Positions 28,127 to 34,587 of a stretch of DNA of 64,000 nucleotides are shown here, piece after piece. How positions within the stretch are numbered: the stretch's first letter is position 1; each line of letters opens with the position of its first letter. A model generated the notes under the pieces. The model did not search any database, was not told the DNA's origin, and worked only from the letters and a program-made list of their open reading frames with translations. This stretch comes from an uncultured Acidobacteriota bacterium. Lineage in GTDB: Bacteria; Actinomycetota; Acidimicrobiia; Spongiisociales; ZC4RG35. The stretch is taken from contig CAWHEU010000004.1 in assembly GCA_963828465.1 (NCBI GenBank), positions 1,340-65,339 of the forward strand, read 5' to 3'. The position numbers were made by a program, and so were the translations under genes.

Positions 28127-28438
28127 TTACAGATAGAGACCGGTCGTCGGCTCAGATGCAGACCGATTTTGGTGGGTCTCGGTTGTCGGGAGCGACTCGA
28201 TGTCGGCCAGGACCGCGGCCACAAAGCGCCGGGCGTCCCTTTCCTTGCGGGCCGTGTCGAGATCGGGCTCGAACCTGTCGCGGAATGCGGAGAGCTGCTT
28301 GACGTGCTCCTCGAACTGCTCGGGGTTGGTCCTCATCGCAAGCTCCCAAACCACGATCCTGACCAGAACCTGAAATTCCTCATCGGGGATCTGCGCTGCG
28401 GCTTCGGCCCCTTCTTCTGGCTCTATGTGAATGCTCAT
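28127..28438 (-). CDS. Hypothetical acidic protein (103 aa), first gene of the kinase operon
   Basis: The ATG at 28438 is preceded by a GGAGGTGA SD at 6 nt. I recognised no family. Confidence 0.45.
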   Translation of the reverse strand: MSIHIEPEEGAEAAAQIPDEEFQVLVRIVVWELAMRTNPEQFEEHVKQLSAFRDRFEPDLDTARKERDARRFVAAVLADIESLPTTETHQNRSASEPTTGLYL

Positions 28439-28590
28439 TTGTCTCACCTCCGCCCACAAAGAGTGCGTGGGCCGTTCCCAGATACGCCATGTTCTTTCGC
28501 TCCGGGCCAGAACTACCATCCCCTCGCGTTGTTCGTCGAGGGGACTCAAATGGTTCGCACCTGCGATCCCCGGGGATTGGGCCCGGAGCC

Positions 28591-30357
28591 ATGAGCGCTT
28601 GGTTCACACGGGTCTCGACGCGGCCTCGGAAGCGTCAGGGATCGGTCGTCGTCGCTGCCGCCCTGGCATCGCTGATCGTTCTCGGAGTACTGGCCGTTCT
28701 GATCATCACTGTCACGTCATCGCAGCGGGCCTACGCCGGTGCCGTCGAGGCGGTCGCCGCCGCGGAGACGACCGAGGACTCCATCGTGGCAACGGCTGCA
28801 TTGCAAAACGAGCGGGCACTCGCGTCGAGCCTGGCCGACGCCGACCTCTACATGTATCACTCGGGATTTGACGCCTCCATCGCCGACACCGATCGGGGAA
28901 TGCAGGCACTCCGGGCATCCTGGGCAGAGCACCGGTCCGAGATATCGGAAACGGCGACACCATCGATCGGCGATGTCCTCTCGGCGGACGGGTCTCTCGC
29001 TGACTTCAGGGAGGCAGCCTTGTCGACCAGCGGTGAGTCGACCTACCCCTTGTACAGCGAGATGGTCGCCACGTCAGTCGCCGCCACGAGCGAGCTCATC
29101 CAGCAGTCATCGGACGCGACGACGCTCAAGGATCGCAGCCTTCTCGTTGCCCTGCTCGGCCTGGCCGAAAGTCTCAACACCCAGCGCTTCCTCATCCAGG
29201 AAGCTCTGGTCACGGGCGGCCCGGTGTCTGAGGAAATGTTGCTTCAACTCGAAGTCGAGTCCGACAACCTCAACCAGAGCTTTTTCGAAGCGAGATCGCT
29301 CGCCGACGGTGAGGACCTCGCGGTCATCGAGGGGATCAGGACCGGCGAGGCCTCCCAGGAGGTGTCCAGGATGGTGGAACAGATCACCGACCTTGGGGCA
29401 GCGGTCGAATCGATCAGCCCGCAGCAATGGTTCGAGGCCAGTACGGTGCGAATCGAGCAAGTCGATGCGCTCATCCCGACGGTCCACGAGCGGGTATCCA
29501 CAGTGGCCGGTGAAGAACTCGACAGCGCCGAGATCGCGTTGTGGACTGGCTCGATCCTCCTCAGTGCACTATTTCTCCTCACCGTCTTGGTCGGCGGCAA
29601 CGCGGTGTTCGCAACCAGGGAGCGTCAGGAGGCGCTGGCCGAGTACGGCCAGCTCAGCGACGGGCTGCGCCAGTGGTTCGCCCCGACCAACTTCCCCGAC
29701 CCCGAAAGTGTCGAGATCACAGCACGGTACATACCGGCTTCAGTCAGAACCCAGTCGGGTGGGGACTGGTACGACGTATACGAGGTCGGGAATTCGCTGG
29801 CGGTCGTCATCGGTGACGTCGCCGGCCACGGCGCCAATGCGACGGCCCAGATGGCCCAACTGAGGAACATATTGCGCGGGCAATCCACTGCTCGCACCCT
29901 GGACCCGGCCGCCCAGATCGACCTCCTCGATAAGACGATGACCGGCTCGGGGATCGTCGCCACAGTCACCTATGGACTGCTCGATGTCTCTACTGGGGAG
30001 TTCGTATACACCCGCGCCGGACACGTTCCGTTGTTGGTTCGGAGTGCGGCCGGAGACGTCCGGATCGAGGAGGAGGCGCAGGGCCCGCCGGTGGGCGGCG
30101 AAGTCGACCTGAAACGTGAGATCAAGCGAACCCACCTCCACCCGGGCGACGTGCTCATCCTCATCACCGACGGTCTGGTGGAGGGGCTGAACCGCGACAT
30201 CGATGAAGCGCTCGATCAGATTGCCAAAGCCTTGGCCGAGGCAGATTCGTCGACGGAGGCAATGCTCGATCAACTCTTCGGGATGAAGGAGGAAGAACCG
30301 ATCGACGACGCCGCCGCTCTCCTCATCACCTGGAACCCGCCAAATCAGGTGACGTGA
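28591..30357 (+). CDS. Membrane-anchored PP2C/SpoIIE-type serine phosphatase with an extracytoplasmic NIT-like sensor domain
   Basis: TM 'VVVAAALASLIVLGVLAVLII'; NIT-like 'AALQNERALASS'; second TM; PP2C motifs 'GGDWYDVYEVGNSLAVVIGDVAGHG' and 'LILITDGLVE'. Confidence 0.8.
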   Translation: MSAWFTRVSTRPRKRQGSVVVAAALASLIVLGVLAVLIITVTSSQRAYAGAVEAVAAAETTEDSIVATAALQNERALASSLADADLYMYHSGFDASIADTDRGMQALRASWAEHRSEISETATPSIGDVLSADGSLADFREAALSTSGESTYPLYSEMVATSVAATSELIQQSSDATTLKDRSLLVALLGLAESLNTQRFLIQEALVTGGPVSEEMLLQLEVESDNLNQSFFEARSLADGEDLAVIEGIRTGEASQEVSRMVEQITDLGAAVESISPQQWFEASTVRIEQVDALIPTVHERVSTVAGEELDSAEIALWTGSILLSALFLLTVLVGGNAVFATRERQEALAEYGQLSDGLRQWFAPTNFPDPESVEITARYIPASVRTQSGGDWYDVYEVGNSLAVVIGDVAGHGANATAQMAQLRNILRGQSTARTLDPAAQIDLLDKTMTGSGIVATVTYGLLDVSTGEFVYTRAGHVPLLVRSAAGDVRIEEEAQGPPVGGEVDLKREIKRTHLHPGDVLILITDGLVEGLNRDIDEALDQIAKALAEADSSTEAMLDQLFGMKEEEPIDDAAALLITWNPPNQVT

Positions 30358-30508
30358 ATCACCTCATCGTCTTCGATCTTGCGCTCGGCGACGCCGCGCC
30401 TCGTGACCATGGTCGGCGAGGCGATCCCCGCGATCGCAGCGACAATCCCGACGGTTGAATACACGACACCGCTGGTCTGGGAGACCCCGAGGGCACAAGG
30501 CGAAACGG

Positions 30509-31612
30509 TCAGGCAGTGTCAGGGGCGAGCCGGGCCCGGAGTGTGTCGAGTGCCCGGGTAATGAGGCGTGACACCTGCATTTGGGAAACGCCAACCACCT
30601 CTGCGATGTCGGACTGGGTCATATCCTCGAAGAATCGAAGAAACAGGACCTCTTGCTCCTGAGGCTCGAGGTCCGAGATGAGGGGCTCCAGGGAATGCCA
30701 GATGTCGGCCAGATCGAACTGCTCGTCGTCGCTGCCCAAGACCCGGATCAGACTGGTCTCTTCGTCCTCCGAGAAAGGAGCGTCGACCGACTTGGCGTTG
30801 TAGGCGAGAGCCGCCTCCATGGCGTCCTCGACCTCCTCGATGGGACGGCCGAGCTCCTCGGCCATCTCGGCCGGGAGTGGTGCCCGCCCCAGCTTCTGGG
30901 ACAATTCGGCCACGGCACGGTTGAGCTCCACCGTGGTGTCGCTCAGGGATCGGGGAACCCGGACCGACCAGGTGGTGTCACGGAGATATCTCTTCAGGGT
31001 CCCAATGATGGTCTTCCGGGCATACGTGGTGAACTTGACCCCGAAGTCCGGGTCGAAGCGGTCGATGGCATTGACCAGGGCGATCGAGGCGGCTTGTCCC
31101 ACGTCATCAGCGTGCGCGCCTCCCCTGCGATACCGGTTGGCGACCGATGCCGCCCAGCCTTCATATCTGGAGAAGATCTCGTCACGAGCGTCCCGGTCGG
31201 CAGGAACCAGCTCGAACAACTCTTCGTCTGAAAGGTGCGACAGCGTCTGACGGCGCACCAGCTCGAGGTCGAACCAGACCTCGCTTCCTCGATGACCCCA
31301 ACCGTCGGACAATCGGTCGAGCAGCTTGGTCACTATCTCGTCGGTTGGCGCATCGGCTGACGCGCTGCTGGAGGCGGTGACTCGGGCACTACGACCGATC
31401 TCCTCCACCCGCACCGATAGGGTGACATTCGGCTCGTACATGAGAGTGACGACCTCGCTCACCAGCAGCGCCGCATCAACCGACCTGCTGGCAGGGGCAT
31501 CGGTGATGATGGCTCGTACGACTCTGCGAGCGATGAATGGGGCGCGTGGCCCTTCGGGTAGCTGAATCTCCGCAACCAGGGTCGCTTTCGAATCTCCGGT
31601 CGTGGTCACCAT
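30509..31612 (-). CDS. SigB/SigF-family sigma factor with a ~125-aa N-terminal degenerate RsbW-like (HATPase-like) domain
   Basis: Regions 2-4: 'FSRYEGWAASVANRY', 'FTTYARKTIIGTLKRYLRDTTWSVRVPR', 'MTQSDIAEVVGVSQMQVSRLITRAL'. The N-terminus 'EIQLPEGPRAPFIARRVVRAII...LLVSEVVTLMYE...GWGHRGSEVWFDLEL' mirrors the neighbouring anti-sigma kinase. Confidence 0.85.
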   Translation of the reverse strand: MVTTTGDSKATLVAEIQLPEGPRAPFIARRVVRAIITDAPASRSVDAALLVSEVVTLMYEPNVTLSVRVEEIGRSARVTASSSASADAPTDEIVTKLLDRLSDGWGHRGSEVWFDLELVRRQTLSHLSDEELFELVPADRDARDEIFSRYEGWAASVANRYRRGGAHADDVGQAASIALVNAIDRFDPDFGVKFTTYARKTIIGTLKRYLRDTTWSVRVPRSLSDTTVELNRAVAELSQKLGRAPLPAEMAEELGRPIEEVEDAMEAALAYNAKSVDAPFSEDEETSLIRVLGSDDEQFDLADIWHSLEPLISDLEPQEQEVLFLRFFEDMTQSDIAEVVGVSQMQVSRLITRALDTLRARLAPDTA

Positions 31613-31643
31613 CGGCTGTGCCCTTTACCCGCCCGCAAGGCCA

Positions 31644-31966
31644 CTATTCGATCGAATCGCTGATGGAAAACGCTTCGCTGACACCGGTGAGCTCGAGTAG
31701 GCGCCCAACGGCGCCGTTGCCGACGACCAGCCTCAGATCTCCCCCGACTCCTGGATCCGGGAACGTTGATGTAGCAGCACTTTCAGCCCTGCCGAATCCA
31801 TGAACTCCACGCGACGCAAGTCGAGCACGACTGGCAGGCCGACGAAGGGCTCTAGGGCGATCTCAACGCGCGAAGCCGAGGCGAGATCGATCTCTCCTGT
31901 CGCTACCACGACATCGAGTTCGCCGATGCGCGTCGTCTCGAGAACAAGCTGCGGGCCTAGCCCCAT
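31644..31966 (-). pseudogene. STAS-domain anti-sigma-factor antagonist (RsbV-like), interrupted as sequenced by a 1-nt frameshift at a C5/G5 run (31741-31745)
   Basis: 'LVLETTRIGELDVVVATGEIDLASASRVE..LDLRRVEFMDSAGLKVLLHQRSRIQES' stops at 31733. The canonical STAS C-terminus 'GGDLRLVVGNGAVGRLLELTGVSEAFSISDSIE*' continues in the -1 frame to 31644. Confidence 0.7.
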
Positions 31967-32020
31967 CGCCGTATACCTTTCTCGATCCAGCGTCGTACCC
32001 AAAATCGCTTTGAAGCCCGG

Positions 32021-32425
32021 TCATCTAGAGCCGACCTCAAACCACGCGGTCACCTCGACACCATCGGAATCGACGCCCCAGACATCGGCGATCTTATCGA
32101 CGATCGCCAGACCCCGGCTCGCCCCCGGCTCCTGGGAGGAGGGTGGCAACTCATCCACCTCGAAGAGTACCCCGGCGTGTCCGACCGTGAACCGGGTCAG
32201 GGCCCCATCCGGCCCAACGGTGACTGTGAGGCCGTCGTCGGGCTCGAGCCCACCATGCATGACGGCGTTGTTGACGAGTTCGGTTATGGCGAGCAGGACA
32301 TCGTCGAGGCGGGGATGGCCGTCGATCCAGTCGACGACAGCATGGCGCACAGCAGCGCCGGCCGTAGGTCGCGCCTCGACGGTCAACTGGCTCACAGCGT
32401 GATCCACCTCATGTGATTCGATCAT
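32021..32425 (-). CDS. Anti-sigma-factor serine kinase (RsbW-like, HATPase_c)
   Basis: 'AITELVNNAVMHGG', 'SRGLAIVDKIADVWGV' and 'AWFEV'. ATGA overlap with the upstream gene. Confidence 0.75.
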   Translation of the reverse strand: MIESHEVDHAVSQLTVEARPTAGAAVRHAVVDWIDGHPRLDDVLLAITELVNNAVMHGGLEPDDGLTVTVGPDGALTRFTVGHAGVLFEVDELPPSSQEPGASRGLAIVDKIADVWGVDSDGVEVTAWFEVGSR

Positions 32426-32670
32426 CGCCGCAAGGCGTGGATCAACTCTCTCTTGGTCATCCCCGATCGCCCATCGACTCCCACTTCTTTCGCCTTGTCG
32501 TAGAGCTGGTCCTTGGTCCAATCCTCGTAAGAGCCGGGTCCGCCCTTTTCCTCGATCTCCCGGGGAGGCGTGTTCGCGATCCGGGCGGCCTTCTCTTTGC
32601 TCATCCCCTCCCCGCGCAGAGCCTCATACCTGTCGTCGTCATGAATCGTGGGCCCATGGTCCTTGCCCAT
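32422..32670 (-). CDS. Small stress protein with a Rho_N-like C-terminal domain (DUF7218-like)
   Basis: 'MGKDHGPTIHDDDRYEALRGEGMSKEKAARIAN' followed by 'WTKDQLYDKAKEVGVDGRSGMTKRELIHALRR'. Confidence 0.7.
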   Translation of the reverse strand: MGKDHGPTIHDDDRYEALRGEGMSKEKAARIANTPPREIEEKGGPGSYEDWTKDQLYDKAKEVGVDGRSGMTKRELIHALRR

Positions 32671-32696
32671 TGACGTCACCTGCCTCGTATCGTCAT

Positions 32697-32723
32697 GTTT
32701 CATCGTTCCCATACCCCGGGAAC
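32697..32723 (+). promoter_or_regulatory. Weaker candidate SigB-type promoter (GTTTC-N16-GGGAAC) for the divergent DUF6328-like gene
   Basis: Read on the plus strand. One mismatch in the -10 element. It overlaps the minus-strand candidate back-to-back. Confidence 0.3.
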
Positions 32724-32736
32724 GTGCCAGCTACAC
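32711..32736 (-). promoter_or_regulatory. Candidate SigB/SigF-type promoter (GTGTA-N15-GGGTAT) upstream of the Rho_N/RsbW/STAS/sigma operon
   Basis: On the minus strand: 'GTGTAgctggcacgttcccgGGGTAT'. It fits the actinobacterial consensus GNNTN-N14-16-GGGTAY as I recall it. Confidence 0.4.
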
Positions 32737-32760
32737 CGAGATACGGCCTAGGAGTCAACG

Positions 32761-33219
32761 ATGGACAGGACCGAGAACGACGTAGACGATCAGTTCAGAT
32801 CGTTGATGGAGGGTCTCAGGACCACATTGCCCGGAGTCCAGGTTCTCTTCGCGTTCCTTCTGGTGCTTCCACTGCAAGCGTCCTTCGCGGAGATCACCGA
32901 CCTGGAGCGGATCGCCTACTACGTGTCCTTCTTCGGGTCGGCGATGGCGTCGGTCCTGCTCATCGCCCCCAGCGCCCATCAGCGACTCCGCGCTCCGGTA
33001 TCCGGTGTCGAGCGTCGCTCAGAGAGGCACCTGCAGATCGCGGTCAGCCTGACCATCGCCGGAACCATCATCTTTGCCGTCGCCCTGTCGGCGGCGGTCT
33101 TGCTCATTTCCACACTCACGCTTACGGACAGCGTCGCCGTCGGCGCGACCATGGCCGTCGCCGCCGTTTTGGCGTGGTCGTGGTTCTACATCCCGTTGGT
33201 GAGCTTCCGCCGCCATTGA
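32761..33219 (+). CDS. DUF6328-like membrane protein
   Basis: 'LMEGLRTTLPGVQVLFAFLLVLPLQASFAEITDLERIAYYVSFFGSAMASVLLIAPSAHQRL'; 4 TM segments. Confidence 0.65.
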   Translation: MDRTENDVDDQFRSLMEGLRTTLPGVQVLFAFLLVLPLQASFAEITDLERIAYYVSFFGSAMASVLLIAPSAHQRLRAPVSGVERRSERHLQIAVSLTIAGTIIFAVALSAAVLLISTLTLTDSVAVGATMAVAAVLAWSWFYIPLVSFRRH

Positions 33220-33221
33220 CC

Positions 33222-33249
33222 GGTTTTGCGGCGGTTCGATCTCGGGTAA
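33222..33249 (+). promoter_or_regulatory. Candidate SigF/SigB-type promoter (GGTTT-N17-GGGTAA)
   Basis: 'GGTTTtgcggcggttcgatctcGGGTAA', 47 nt upstream of the 33296 start. Confidence 0.4.
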
Positions 33250-33295
33250 GTAGACCTTCTGGTAAGCGACCAGCAGTTCCGATTGGAGGTGGAAC

Positions 33296-33904
33296 ATGAC
33301 CCATCAGGCACACACTGTCCGGGAATATTCGACCGAGACCAGGCCCGATATCGAGCCCGAGGCTGCGATCGTGCGCGAGCGCTACGGGAAGGCCGACTTG
33401 GTGGCTTCCGTTCTCGGGATGCTCGCCGCCATTGGGACCCTGGTTTTCCTGACGGCTCTCTTTGCAGCGGGCGCTGCCAACGTTGAGCCACAAATCAACC
33501 TGCTGAACCAGGATGGGACTCTCAGTGAGGTCGAGACCGTGGGCGCCATCGCCGCGGGAGTCGTCCTGTTCGTCTCGTTCCTCGTGGGAGGCATCGCCGC
33601 CGGGCGCATGTCACGCTACGACGGGGGAATCAACGGGATGGGAACTGCCCTTTGGTTCCTTCTTTTGGTGACGGTCTTCGCCGCACTCGGTGCCTGGGTT
33701 GGTGAGGAGTACAACGCCTTCGCGTTGGCCGGGCTGCCCAACTGGGCGGCACAGGTCGACGTGGAAGAGATCACGACGGCGGCGATCATCGCGTCGGCGG
33801 TCGCAGTGGTGGTTACCTTGCTCGGCGGGTATCTCGGCGGGCGCATCGGTGACTCCTACAACCGCAAAGTCGATGCGGCGCTGGTCGACGAAGCGAGACG
33901 GTGA
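33296..33904 (+). CDS. Hypothetical integral membrane protein (4 TM)
   Basis: Hydrophobic segments 'LVASVLGMLAAIGTLVFLTALFAAG', 'VGAIAAGVVLFVSFLVGGIAAG', 'LWFLLLVTVFAALGAWVG' and 'AAIIASAVAVVVTLLGGYLGG'. Confidence 0.55.
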   Translation: MTHQAHTVREYSTETRPDIEPEAAIVRERYGKADLVASVLGMLAAIGTLVFLTALFAAGAANVEPQINLLNQDGTLSEVETVGAIAAGVVLFVSFLVGGIAAGRMSRYDGGINGMGTALWFLLLVTVFAALGAWVGEEYNAFALAGLPNWAAQVDVEEITTAAIIASAVAVVVTLLGGYLGGRIGDSYNRKVDAALVDEARR

Positions 33905-33947
33905 CCAGCCCCGCCCACCGAAAATCAATCAACCCAGGAGGTGAGTC

Positions 33948-34007
33948 ATGTATATCAGCATCGGAGGCCTGATCCTGCTGATCCTCATCCTCATATTGAT
34001 CTTCTAA
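33948..34007 (+). CDS. 19-aa hydrophobic mini-ORF (MYISIGGLILLILILILIF)
   Basis: AGGAGGTG SD 4 nt before the ATG. The codons are mostly GC3. A strong hairpin follows immediately. The ORF is below the length cut-off of the supplied track. Confidence 0.4.
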   Translation: MYISIGGLILLILILILIF

Positions 34008-34028
34008 TCAGGTACTGAGTTTCTTCGA

Positions 34029-34058
34029 AGAGAGAGCCGGCTGGAGCCGGTTCTCTCT
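34029..34058. terminator. Hairpin between convergent genes (candidate bidirectional terminator)
   Basis: 'aGAGAGAGCCGGC-tgga-GCCGGTTCTCTCt'. About 13 bp of stem including one G-U pair. The T/A tracts on either side are only weak. Confidence 0.55.
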
Positions 34059-34077
34059 CACTTTCAGATCTGGGATC

Positions 34078-34506
34078 TCAGGACATGGAGGCGTCGAGGG
34101 ATATCGGCACACCCCTGGTCAGCGCCTGCGAAACGGGGCAGTTCTCCTTGGCGTCCTCCGCCAGACTCATGAAATCCGCTTCGCTCACGCCGTCGGCTGA
34201 GCCCTTGACCGACAGGACGATCCCGGTGATGCCCTCGCCGGGCACAAATGTGGCGGTGGCCTCGGTGTCGAGGACGATCGACGCGCCTCCGGCTTTGCCC
34301 AAACGAGCAGAGAAAGCCATCGAAAAACAAGCGGCATGAGCGGCGGCGATCAGCTCTTCGGGGCTGGTCATGCCGGCATGCTCCTCGCTCCGGGCATCCC
34401 AGGTCACCTGCATCGGGCCAACGGCGCCGGTGTCGAGGGTCGCAGTTCCGGATCCGCTGGTGAGATCGCCCTCCCAATGGGCGCGACCGGTGCTGTCCAC
34501 GGCCAT
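34078..34506 (-). CDS. osmC: OsmC family peroxiredoxin
   Basis: 'AHWEGDLTSGSGT', 'TSPEELIAAAHAACFSMAFS' and 'NCPVSQAL' (the two conserved Cys residues); 142 aa. Confidence 0.9.
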   Translation of the reverse strand: MAVDSTGRAHWEGDLTSGSGTATLDTGAVGPMQVTWDARSEEHAGMTSPEELIAAAHAACFSMAFSARLGKAGGASIVLDTEATATFVPGEGITGIVLSVKGSADGVSEADFMSLAEDAKENCPVSQALTRGVPISLDASMS

Positions 34507-34587
34507 GTGCTGTCCTTTCGGTCGGGGCGCGGGAGCCTACCTCTCCAACCAATCCCGATCGTCCTCGTGCCGATACCATCGAAGACC

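Noticed and set aside
30364-30480. A small TM-like ORF on the minus strand downstream of the sigma gene ('..VYSTVGIVAAIAGIASPTMV..').
   Set aside because: It has no convincing start codon or SD and overlaps the 3' end of the convergent phosphatase gene. Only one short hydrophobic stretch supports it.
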